A DNA stretch of 45,797 bases from the NCBI GenBank assembly GCA_001786395.1, contig MFWN01000024.1, positions 27,697 through 73,493 of the forward strand, in the 5' to 3' direction. Under the pieces are notes generated by a model that saw only the letters and a list, made by a program, of their open reading frames with translations, did no database searches and was not told the origin of the DNA. This DNA comes from Candidatus Pacearchaeota archaeon RBG_13_36_9 (GTDB lineage: Archaea; Nanobdellota; Nanobdellia; Pacearchaeales; GW2011-AR1). This document shows positions 17,958-25,967 of the stretch, one piece after another. The translations under genes and the position numbers were made by a program. Each line of letters starts with the position of its first letter. Positions within the stretch are counted from its first letter, which is position 1.

Positions 17958-18438
17958 CTTCCTCTTTTTCTACTTTATCAAAAAAATTGAATATTTTATT
18001 TAATAGCTCTTCGCCTTTTGTTGAAGGGCTGAAAGCTATAACTCTGGCATTATTCTCGGAAGCGTAATCTGCAATTTCTTTTACAAAAGCAGCTACTTTA
18101 TTTTCATCATTGTATATTAAAAGAGTGGAAAGTGCATCAATTATTAAGAATTTTTCCCCTTTTATCTCTTTTATAAAACTAGATATTGCGTAACTTAATT
18201 TTTCTAAATCCCTTGGAGAAATGTGAAGAACCTCCTCCTTTTGCTTTTCAGAAGTTACACAGTCTATAAAAAATATTTTTTCAGTTTTTATCTTATTTTT
18301 CTTTAGTGTTTCTTCTATGCTTTTTTGGGTTTTATTTAAAGAAACGTAAATGCCTGTGCAGTTTTGCATAGAACTTACTATCTTGTTTATTTTTTTCTGC
18401 AGTTTTTCTACAGGAGTTATTATTAGTAATGAAGACAT
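17917..18438 (-). CDS. P-loop-less KaiC/RecA-like (DUF835-like) protein, cassette A
   Basis: It is colinear with the KaiC-like protein 8586..9305 but lacks Walker A and the EE pair (GIYVSLNKTQKS). The Walker-B-like strand KFLIIDALSTLL is retained. It is about 65% identical to 25092..25571 and overlaps the next gene by 41 nt. Confidence 0.6.
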   Translation of the reverse strand: MSSLLIITPVEKLQKKINKIVSSMQNCTGIYVSLNKTQKSIEETLKKNKIKTEKIFFIDCVTSEKQKEEVLHISPRDLEKLSYAISSFIKEIKGEKFLIIDALSTLLIYNDENKVAAFVKEIADYASENNARVIAFSPSTKGEELLNKIFNFFDKVEKEEDEIKTRKKQDLIY

Positions 18439-18469
18439 TTTATAAGAGTATATTTGAGAGTATATAAAT

Positions 18470-18829
18470 TTACTTTAAAATTTTTTTAACTCTTTCTACC
18501 AAATCTTTTTTTGTAAAAGGCTTTGTTATGTAATCTGAAATTCCCACTTTCTTAAACTCTTTCATTCGTTCGGTAGATATTGGAATAACGCTAAGAAAAG
18601 CATATTTAGAATCATATTTTTTGCTGCTTAATGTCTTAAAAATATCCCATCCAGACATGTCAGGCAACATTACGTCCAATAAAACAAGGTCAAATTGCTT
18701 CTTGTGTGTTTTTTCAAGCCCGTCTGCTCCACAAAAACTTATCTCTACTTCATAGCCTGCATCCTCCAGCATCTGCTTTACTGCTTCTGCAGTATCTCTA
18801 TGGTCTTCTACATAAAGTATTTTTTTCAT
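18470..18829 (-). CDS. Stand-alone CheY-like receiver (119 aa)
   Basis: VEDHRD, LLDVMLPDMSG and KPF motifs are present. It shares an ATGA overlap with the upstream kinase. Confidence 0.9.
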   Translation of the reverse strand: MKKILYVEDHRDTAEAVKQMLEDAGYEVEISFCGADGLEKTHKKQFDLVLLDVMLPDMSGWDIFKTLSSKKYDSKYAFLSVIPISTERMKEFKKVGISDYITKPFTKKDLVERVKKILK

Positions 18830-20625
18830 TTTTTAACCTCCTCTTTATATCTGATTGGCAATGTGAAATAAAAAGTAGAGCCTTTTCCTAATTCACTCTT
18901 TAAGTTTATTTTTCCTCCTAATAATTCAACCAGCTGTTTAGTTATTGCAAGCCCTAAGCCAGTTCCTCCAACTTCGCTTTTTAAAGGAGTATAAATCTGA
19001 TAAAATTTCTCAAAAAGTTTAGATATTTTATCTTCTGGAATCCCGATGCCTGTATCCGTAACCTCCACTAAAACACTGTCATCCTGCTTTATTGCTTTTA
19101 TTTTGACATAGCCTTCTTCTGTGAACTTAATGGCATTATCAATTAAATTATTCAGTATTTCTGTTAATCTTATACTATCTGTGCTCATGTTTATTGGCTT
19201 GTCTATCTCAACGATTAATTTTATATTTTTCTTATCTGACAATATCTTCAAGTCATTTACAATAGAGCTAATGCAATTTTCTAAATCTATTTTAGAAATA
19301 TTCAATTCAAATTTATTGGATTGAATTCTTGCAATCTCCAAGATATTATCTACTAGAAACCTTAATTGATTGCTGTTTCTTCTTAATGCGTTTAGATTAT
19401 TAATATTCTTTTCAGAAAGTTTCGTCTTTATTTCTTCCAATAATTCCAGGTTTGCATATATTGCTGTCAGGGGAGTTTTCAATTCATGGGATACTATATT
19501 CATAAAATCTGTCTTGGCTATATCTAGCTCTTTTAATTGTTCTACTTGCTTTTTTATTTTTTCTTCTGCCTCTTTTCTTTGTGTGATATCGTGATATACA
19601 ACATAAACACCAGTTTGTTTTTTAGATTCATCGTAGACTGAACCATATGAAGCAGAAATCCATTTTGTTTCTTTATTTTTTGTAAGGATTCTAAACTCAC
19701 TAGTCGAAGTTTTTAAATCCCTCTTTGAAATACATTCGTTCCATTTAGCCGTTATCTTCTTATTATCATCAGGATTTATATAAATCATGAGTCGATTATC
19801 ATTTGGCTTAAAGTCCATAATCTCAGACAGGGTGTATCCTGTAAGTCTTTCAATGGCAGAATTAGCGTAAACCAGATGATGAGCCATATCATAAGATAAA
19901 AGCACATCAGATATATTATCAGCAATCATTTTAAGTTTTTCTTCACTCTTTTCCAAATCCTTTTCTGCTCTCTTCTGTGCTGTAATATCTCTAACAGTTG
20001 CCTGCAAATAAATTCTTCCTTCTTCTTCAACTCTGCTTAATAAAACCGTTGCAGGAAAATCTCCGTCTCCATATCTCATATGAGTCCATTCAAAAAAACT
20101 ACTTCCTTCTTTCATTGCTTTTTCAATCATTTTCTTTGCCTTGATTGAAGATAATTGCCCATCTGGCTGCTTTTCAGGAGATAGATCCACTGGTCCTAGA
20201 GAAATAAATTCTTTTTCATCTTTTACATTAAATATTTTAATCGCTGAATCATTTCCAGAAGTAAATTTCCAGTTTGGAGGTTCTAAAGTCATAATTGCAT
20301 CTTTTGAAAAAGTAAATAGCACTTTGTATCTTTCATCTGTTTCTTCCCTTCTTTTTGCTACATGCTCTCTTTTTCCTACTATTTCTTCTCTTCCGGTTGC
20401 TACTGTTTCTCTTTTTCCTACTATTTCTTCTCTTTCTAATGCTATACCTTCTCTGTTCTCTCCTTTTTTTATTCTCTCTCTTTTTCCTACTATTTCTTCT
20501 CTTCCGGTTGCTACATGCTCTCTTTTTCCTACTATTTCTTCCCTTCTTTTTGCTACATGCTCTCTTTTTCCTACTATTTCTTCTCTTCCGGTTGCACTCA
20601 ACTTTTTTCTAATTTTCTCCATCAT
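18826..20625 (-). CDS. Cytoplasmic PAS-PAS histidine kinase with an N-terminal charged 14-aa tandem repeat
   Basis: It has the H-box DFMNIVSHELKTPLTAI, the HATPase N and G boxes (NLIDNAIKF, DTGIGIP, GGTGLGLAI), and two PAS domains. No TM segment is present. Confidence 0.9.
   Translation of the reverse strand: MMEKIRKKLSATGREEIVGKREHVAKRREEIVGKREHVATGREEIVGKRERIKKGENREGIALEREEIVGKRETVATGREEIVGKREHVAKRREETDERYKVLFTFSKDAIMTLEPPNWKFTSGNDSAIKIFNVKDEKEFISLGPVDLSPEKQPDGQLSSIKAKKMIEKAMKEGSSFFEWTHMRYGDGDFPATVLLSRVEEEGRIYLQATVRDITAQKRAEKDLEKSEEKLKMIADNISDVLLSYDMAHHLVYANSAIERLTGYTLSEIMDFKPNDNRLMIYINPDDNKKITAKWNECISKRDLKTSTSEFRILTKNKETKWISASYGSVYDESKKQTGVYVVYHDITQRKEAEEKIKKQVEQLKELDIAKTDFMNIVSHELKTPLTAIYANLELLEEIKTKLSEKNINNLNALRRNSNQLRFLVDNILEIARIQSNKFELNISKIDLENCISSIVNDLKILSDKKNIKLIVEIDKPINMSTDSIRLTEILNNLIDNAIKFTEEGYVKIKAIKQDDSVLVEVTDTGIGIPEDKISKLFEKFYQIYTPLKSEVGGTGLGLAITKQLVELLGGKINLKSELGKGSTFYFTLPIRYKEEVKK
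20341..20592 (-). repeat. In-frame 42-bp tandem repeat (5 full copies plus a partial one) encoding REEIVGKREHVA[KT][RG]
   Basis: The core ttttcctactatttcttc recurs on the + strand at 42-nt spacing. One unit carries a 27-nt insertion (RIKKGENREGIAL). Confidence 0.85.
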
Positions 20626-20693
20626 AATCTCCTTTTAAAATTTTGAATCTCAAACCCCCCTTCTTTTATTCAAATAAAAAGCATTTAAGTATT

Positions 20694-20831
20694 TTATTTA
20701 TTATAATCTTCTTCTTTTTTTCCTACGTCCGCGCCAGATATTTTTAATTTGGATGCCGTATCACTATCTGTTGCCTTAGAATTTTTCAATAATAACTTCA
20801 AAGTCTCTTTTTCGCTCTTAGCAAGATTCAT
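20694..20831 (-). pseudogene. Remnant of an Lrp/AsnC-type regulator gene (45 codons)
   Basis: MNLAKSEKETLKLLLKNSKATDSDTASKLKISGADVGKKEEDYNK* matches the first ~33 aa of 29225..29779 (MNLTKNEKKVLKFLLENARVSDSLIAEKLKISSQAVGK..), then diverges and stops. It sits in the equivalent position upstream of the cassette-A kinase. Confidence 0.6.
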
Positions 20832-20998
20832 GCTTCCTCTTTTAGGCTTACTTTATGAATTTAATGTGCATTATTTATTTATATATTTAAGGTTATATGT
20901 CTAAACCTTTTATCTAAATTTAGTTCAAGATTTAAACCTTAAACTTATATTGTTAATAATATTGGAGATAATATCATAAAAAAGGTTATAAACAATCA

Positions 20999-21016
20999 AG
21001 AAACCTTTTGGTTTCT
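20999..21016. promoter_or_regulatory. Inverted repeat AGAAACC-tttt-GGTTTCT between a TATA-like element (~20986-20992) and the wHTH gene
   Basis: The 7-bp arms are perfect and lie ~40 nt upstream of ATG 21058. Confidence 0.35.
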
Positions 21017-21057
21017 GGCTGTCAAAATGCCGCATTAAAGTGGTCAAGCATTTCAAC

Positions 21058-21258
21058 ATGAAAGAGGAAAATATAATTAAGATTCTTGAAGGGAAGAATA
21101 TTGGACCCAATATAACCGAGTTAGTCAATCTTTCTAAGTCCTCTCGTTCAGCTGTCAGAACTGCTATTGCAAAATTAGAAGGGGCTAATAAAATTTCTTT
21201 TAGAAATATTGGGCTGGCTAAAGTTTATTTTTTAGATCAAAAAAAGGTGAAGCAATGA
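21058..21258 (+). CDS. Small winged-helix DNA-binding protein (66 aa), translationally coupled to the surface-protein gene
   Basis: ITELVNLSKSSRSAVRTAIAKLEGANKISFRNIGLAKVYFL gives the HTH plus wing. It shares an ATGA overlap with 21255. The track begins it at GTG 21040. Confidence 0.65.
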   Translation: MKEENIIKILEGKNIGPNITELVNLSKSSRSAVRTAIAKLEGANKISFRNIGLAKVYFLDQKKVKQ

Positions 21259-23330
21259 AAAAGAAATATTTATTTGCATTATTTTTTAATGTTATCTTAT
21301 TTAGTTTAGATTATGTTTCTGCTGGCTTTGTAGATAATGCTGCAACATATTGGATGCATAATAAATCTGATTCTCAATTTAGTGCTTATCGTCAGTTAAG
21401 AAATGTAAGTACAGAACTTGCAATGATTACCCCTGCTAGTTTAAGTACAAATAATCTTGGAATATTTTGTTGGGGAGATAATTGGACTTCTCCTAATTTT
21501 ACCAGCATCACTTCAGTCAGCGGGATTTGGAATTTCTCCTTGAATTATACTAGGAGTACTACTGGTTCAAGAACCCCTGTTCTTTATTTATTTGCAAGAA
21601 TCTTCAAGTTAAACTCCACTGGAAGATTTGAGATAGCAAATTCAACTCAGTCCGCAAATGTTGGCGGACAAACAACGAATACTGCTGTTTTGTGGGGCTA
21701 TAATCTGACAGATAGTTCTTTAACAAATCTTTCTGTTGGAGAGAGAGCGGGAGTTCAATTTTGTATTAATGTTACAACTGCCCGAAATAGAAACGCAAAT
21801 ATCTACTGGGAAAACTCGACTCGTTCTTTTGTGGTAATCCCCCTCCAGTATTTTGACGCCTCTTCTCCAAATTTAAATATAACTTATCCTCTTAATGCCA
21901 CTTATAATATTAGTGTTTCTTCATTAAATTACACAGTCTCTGATGCAAATTTACAAGCTTGCTGGTATAATTTGAATGGAACAATTAATATAACAATTAC
22001 TTGCGGAACAAATTTGACTGGATTGACTTCAACAGAAGGAAGCAATATTTGGAGAGTTTATGCTAACGATACAGCAGGAAATATAAACTCTGGAAATGTT
22101 TTTTTTACTGTTGACACGACACCTCCGCAATGGAGTAATATTCAGCAGAATATTCCAAGCCTTTATTCTGCTAACCTTTCTTATTTCAACATTGCCTGGA
22201 CAGACAGTGGTGGCATAGGAATTGTTCTTTTTGAAGGCAATTTTTCAGGAGTTCCTGTAAATTATACAATGTATTTAATTTCTGGAAATACTTACGGGTT
22301 TAATGCAACACTTCCTGCCGGAACTTTTTACTGGAAATCCCATGCAAACGACTTCTATGGAAATCTTAATTCAAGCCCAACTCAAATGTTCATAATCAAT
22401 AAAGCAAGCCAGACAGCAACTCTTAATATAAATGAAAGTTCCCCTATAGTTTACGGAACTTGGGTAAATGTGACTTGCAATGGAGAATTATTTAGAAATG
22501 ATGCCGATTTTAGTTCTGAAATAGGACATTCTATTCTATTAAACGCAGGAAATTATAATTATTCATGCAGATTATATGAAAATGAAAACTACTCGTATGA
22601 TGATGACAATTTAACATTTAAGGTTAATCAGGCAGCTGGAGACATTCGCTTATCGCCTCCTCAGCAGAATCTTAGTGGCGGCGGCAGTTGTTTGTACAAT
22701 TGGAGTTGCACAGAATGGAATAAATGCAGTCAGGAAGGAAAACAAACTAGAACTTGCTGGAATCTTGGTACGTGCCCTAATAGGTATAATGCTCCTAAAA
22801 CAGAGCAAAATTGTGCATATCTTGCCTCAGAAAAAGCTTTATTTGATATCGTTTTAACAGTAATAAACCCACAAATAATTCTTGGAGAGAACTTAACTGC
22901 CAAAATTTCTCTGGTCAATTATGGAAATAAAACAAATTTAAATGTCACTTTAAATTACACGATAACTGATTCAAATAATAAAACTATTTTAAGGGAAAAA
23001 GAAATAGTGCCAGTAGAAATCCAAAATGAATTTATTAAGGAATTTGTTTTACCATCTCAAATAGCTCTTGGAGAATATAAATTGTTTGTTGAAATAAATT
23101 ATGAAGGTCAGGAAAAAGAAGCTGTTTCACAAGGTTCATTCAAAATTCTTCCAAAAAAACAAGGATTTTTCCCTTCTCTTATAGGAAAGGCGATTTGGAC
23201 TGACTCCGACAAAAGAAACTATTTGATAACAGGCACTTCACTTTTAGTAATTATTATGATCGTTGTTTATATTTTAATTAAAAAATCTATAAGAGAAAAT
23301 AAACAGAGTATAAAATATAAAAATGGATAA
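21255..23330 (+). CDS. Sequon-rich surface protein (691 aa) ending in a Cys-rich knot + beta-sandwich + TM anchor
   Basis: It has a signal peptide, Ig-like modules of the family seen in the giant proteins (ITYPLNATYNISVSSLNYTVSDANLQACWYNLNG..IWRVYANDTAGNINS), the Cys motif at 22678-22815, the beta-sandwich at ~22840-23150, and the TM LLVIIMIVVYILI. Confidence 0.85.
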   Translation: MKKKYLFALFFNVILFSLDYVSAGFVDNAATYWMHNKSDSQFSAYRQLRNVSTELAMITPASLSTNNLGIFCWGDNWTSPNFTSITSVSGIWNFSLNYTRSTTGSRTPVLYLFARIFKLNSTGRFEIANSTQSANVGGQTTNTAVLWGYNLTDSSLTNLSVGERAGVQFCINVTTARNRNANIYWENSTRSFVVIPLQYFDASSPNLNITYPLNATYNISVSSLNYTVSDANLQACWYNLNGTINITITCGTNLTGLTSTEGSNIWRVYANDTAGNINSGNVFFTVDTTPPQWSNIQQNIPSLYSANLSYFNIAWTDSGGIGIVLFEGNFSGVPVNYTMYLISGNTYGFNATLPAGTFYWKSHANDFYGNLNSSPTQMFIINKASQTATLNINESSPIVYGTWVNVTCNGELFRNDADFSSEIGHSILLNAGNYNYSCRLYENENYSYDDDNLTFKVNQAAGDIRLSPPQQNLSGGGSCLYNWSCTEWNKCSQEGKQTRTCWNLGTCPNRYNAPKTEQNCAYLASEKALFDIVLTVINPQIILGENLTAKISLVNYGNKTNLNVTLNYTITDSNNKTILREKEIVPVEIQNEFIKEFVLPSQIALGEYKLFVEINYEGQEKEAVSQGSFKILPKKQGFFPSLIGKAIWTDSDKRNYLITGTSLLVIIMIVVYILIKKSIRENKQSIKYKNG

Positions 23331-23841
23331 AGCTTTAATATTAGTAAAAAAGTACGAAGATTATCTTAATAGGATATTTGAAATAATAAAGGAGCGTGGA
23401 AAAAAAGCATGCTATGTTACATTTAACAAAACTCCTGATTTTATCTTGGAATCTGCAGCAAAACACAATATCCAAAAAGATAAGCTTTATTTTATTGACG
23501 GTATAACTGCAAGGATTAAAAGTTCTGCTAAAATTAAGAATTCTGTTCAGATAAGCTATTTTGATAATCTTTCAAAGATAAGCAACAACATCAGAAAGAT
23601 AGTAAACAAAGGTTATCCTTTAGTTATTTTTGATTCACTTTCAAACCTCCTCATTTATCCTTCTATAAATGACTCCTCTATTGTTAAATCCCTCAAGGTT
23701 TTATTTGAATCCCTTGATAAAGTGAATGGAGAAGTTGCTTTTGTTTGTTATGAGAAGGATATTGGGAATTATTCATTAGACAAAACATTATCGTTATTCA
23801 ATAAAATTATAAAGCCCTCCAGCGAATTATTTGGAACATAA
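23323..23841 (+). CDS. P-loop-less KaiC/RecA-like (DUF835-like) protein, cassette C (divergent copy)
   Basis: KACYVTFNKTPDF..KLYFIDGIT..YPLVIFDSLSNLLIYP..GEVAFVCYEKD is colinear with 17917..18438 and 25092..25571. It overlaps the upstream surface-protein gene by 8 nt. Confidence 0.5.
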   Translation: MDKALILVKKYEDYLNRIFEIIKERGKKACYVTFNKTPDFILESAAKHNIQKDKLYFIDGITARIKSSAKIKNSVQISYFDNLSKISNNIRKIVNKGYPLVIFDSLSNLLIYPSINDSSIVKSLKVLFESLDKVNGEVAFVCYEKDIGNYSLDKTLSLFNKIIKPSSELFGT

Positions 23842-23934
23842 AAAAGATTTAAAGATTGAAAATCTTTAACTCATTTCAGTTTTAAACAACTGAAGATTTA
23901 AAAATAAGCAAGACTTAAATAAACAGAGAAAAAT

Positions 23935-23956
23935 ACAGAAAACTATAGTTTTCTGT
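23935..23956. promoter_or_regulatory. Perfect 22-bp palindrome ACAGAAAACTATAGTTTTCTGT
   Basis: Read directly from the sequence. It lies in the 208-bp gap, ~95 nt upstream of the receiver gene 24050, and is preceded by two small hairpins (23851-23867, 23876-23893). Confidence 0.45.
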
Positions 23957-24049
23957 CTGATTAAACCAAAGAAAAGCAAAGCTTTTCTGGTCCCCAAAAA
24001 TCCATAAAAGATTTTTGCGGTTTCAAACAAAACAAACAAAAAATTTGAC

Positions 24050-24406
24050 ATGGGAAAAAAAATAATGATTGTGGATGATGAGCCTGATATAAGGATGCCT
24101 ATAGAAGAGGTTCTTGAAAGAAATGGGTATAAAGTCGTGACTGCAGTTAGTGCTGATGATTGCCTGAAGAAAGTTCAGGCAGGGGAAAGGCCCGACTTAA
24201 TTTTAATGGATATTGTGATGCCTGGAACTCCTGTAAGAAAAATAATTCCAAAACTTGGCAAAATTAAGATAGCTTATTTATCTGTTGTCAGAATTTCTGA
24301 AGCTGAAAGAAAAGATTTAATGAAAAACAAGAATATTGTTGATATTATACAAAAGCCATTTGAGCTTAGCGAATTAATAAAAAGAGTTAAGAAGCTAGCT
24401 GGATAA
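24050..24406 (+). CDS. Stand-alone CheY-like receiver (118 aa), divergent type
   Basis: VDDEPD, ILMDIVMPG and QKPF motifs are present. Confidence 0.85.
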   Translation: MGKKIMIVDDEPDIRMPIEEVLERNGYKVVTAVSADDCLKKVQAGERPDLILMDIVMPGTPVRKIIPKLGKIKIAYLSVVRISEAERKDLMKNKNIVDIIQKPFELSELIKRVKKLAG

Positions 24407-24532
24407 ACTTTTGTTCCGGTTCGTTTGCACTGAGAACTTGTATTTTAGTATCTAAAAAATGTTTTAATTTAATGTAAATTATACCAAAAAATATTTCTTA
24501 CGGGATAGGGGTTCACTTCATATTAGTCTGTA

Positions 24533-25090
24533 TTATTTCTCATAAAGTTTCCTTTTTTCGATTATCTTCCCAACCCGAATCTTTATTTGCAATTTTTCAA
24601 ATAGAACTCTCAGTTTTTTATATGAGAAAATCAAAATTATCAAAACCAATATAAAAACTGCCGCAATAGCAATTAGGTAATACATCCTGTTGTCAATTTG
24701 TTTTTCTACAACATTGAAAGATGTCTCTGCGACAACCTCTTTATCATCACCATAATCTACTTTTGCATTAATTTTGTATTTTCCAGGCTCAGTATCCTCA
24801 GGAATATTAAAAGTCTTTACAAAACTGGCTTGTGTTTGAACAGCCATTGTTTCTTTATTTTCTGCTATTATGCTGTTGTTATCATCACTAATCCAGTAAT
24901 TTAAAGAAATATCCGCTTTCTCGATATTTTCAAGATTAGCTATCTTTATGGTGAACCAAATATCATTTCCTGCCAAGACTTCTTTATAATTGTTATGAAC
25001 ACTTACTTCTAAGTTAGAAGCACCTTGAACAAAAACTATTTCCATTAAAAAAATAAAAGTAACTGTTGAATATAAAAATAGTTTATTCAT
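24533..25090 (-). CDS. Secreted beta-sandwich protein with a C-terminal TM anchor and basic tail (paralog of 17388..17957)
   Basis: The signal peptide is followed by LEVSVHNNYKEVLAGNDIWFTIKIANL..ISLNYWISDDNNS..GKYKINAKVDY, the TM YYLIAIAAVFILVLIILIF, and the tail YKKLRVLFEKLQIKIRVGKIIEKRKLYEK. Confidence 0.75.
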   Translation of the reverse strand: MNKLFLYSTVTFIFLMEIVFVQGASNLEVSVHNNYKEVLAGNDIWFTIKIANLENIEKADISLNYWISDDNNSIIAENKETMAVQTQASFVKTFNIPEDTEPGKYKINAKVDYGDDKEVVAETSFNVVEKQIDNRMYYLIAIAAVFILVLIILIFSYKKLRVLFEKLQIKIRVGKIIEKRKLYEK

Positions 25091-25091
25091 G

Positions 25092-25571
25092 TTATTTTCC
25101 TTCTACTTTATCAAAGAAATTGAATATTTTATTTAATAATTCTTCTCCTTTTGTTTTCGGACTTAAAGCCACTATCTGCACATCCTTCTCAGAGGCATAT
25201 TCTGTCATTTTTTTAACAAATTTAGCTACGCTGTCTTCATTATTAAAAATTAAGAGGGTTGATAAAGCATCTATAATAAGAAATTTTTCTCCTTTTATCC
25301 CTTCCATAAATGCACCAACAGCAGAATCCAGCAAGTCTAATCTGTCTGGAGCAATATGCAAAACATCATCTCTTGTCTTTTTTGATGTAACACAGTCTAT
25401 GAACAATATTTTTTTAGTGTTTATCTTGTTTTTGGTTAAGCTTTCTTCTATGCTTTTTTGAGTTTTGTTTAAGGAGATATAAATTCCAGTTAACTTTTGT
25501 ACTGTCCTGATTTTTTCAATTATCCTGGCTTGCAGTTTTTCAACAGAAGTTATTATTAAAGTGGAGCTCAT
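25092..25571 (-). CDS. P-loop-less KaiC/RecA-like (DUF835-like) protein, cassette B
   Basis: It has the same architecture as 17917..18438 (GIYISLNKTQKS, KFLIIDALSTLL). Its stop is 1 nt from the start of 24533..25090. Confidence 0.6.
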   Translation of the reverse strand: MSSTLIITSVEKLQARIIEKIRTVQKLTGIYISLNKTQKSIEESLTKNKINTKKILFIDCVTSKKTRDDVLHIAPDRLDLLDSAVGAFMEGIKGEKFLIIDALSTLLIFNNEDSVAKFVKKMTEYASEKDVQIVALSPKTKGEELLNKIFNFFDKVEGK

Positions 25572-25605
25572 TTAATATTTCAAATAAATTGTTACTTAAA
25601 TACTT

Positions 25606-25965
25606 TTATCCAATCATCTTTTTTATCTTTTCTATCAAATCTTCTTTTGTAAAAGGCTTTGTTATGTAATCTGAAATTCCTGCTCTTTTTAGTTCTTCCA
25701 TTCTTTCTGATGATACTGGTATTGCGCTTAAAAAGGCGAACTTTGATTTTACTCCTTTTTTGCTTAAATTCGCAAAGATGTCCCAGCCAGACATATCCGG
25801 GAGCATGATATCCAGCAAGATAAGGTCAAAATTCTCCTTTTCAATTATTTTTAGCCCGTCTTTCCCGCAGGAAGCTATTTGAGAGTCGTAGCCTGCAACA
25901 TCTAAAATCATTTTTACAGCTTCTGCAGTGTCTTTATTGTCTTCGATATATAGGATTTTCTTCAT
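25606..25965 (-). CDS. Stand-alone CheY-like receiver (119 aa)
   Basis: IEDNKD, LLDIMLPDMSG and KPF motifs are present. It lies 2 nt downstream of the kinase. Confidence 0.9.
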   Translation of the reverse strand: MKKILYIEDNKDTAEAVKMILDVAGYDSQIASCGKDGLKIIEKENFDLILLDIMLPDMSGWDIFANLSKKGVKSKFAFLSAIPVSSERMEELKRAGISDYITKPFTKEDLIEKIKKMIG

Positions 25966-25967
25966 GT

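Noticed and set aside
20341-20592. Possible CRISPR array, because of regularly spaced short repeats
   Set aside because: The repeats are directly abutting with a 42-nt period and no unique spacers. They are in frame inside a long ORF, and no cas genes are nearby. This is a coding tandem repeat.
20141-20638. 165-aa and 85-aa plus-strand ORFs (20141..20638, 20355..20612) with Leu/Phe/Ser-rich repetitive translations
   Set aside because: They are the antisense reading of the 42-bp coding repeat and N-terminal region of histidine kinase 18826..20625. Their low-complexity composition is what an antisense E/K/R-rich repeat produces. They have no independent start context.
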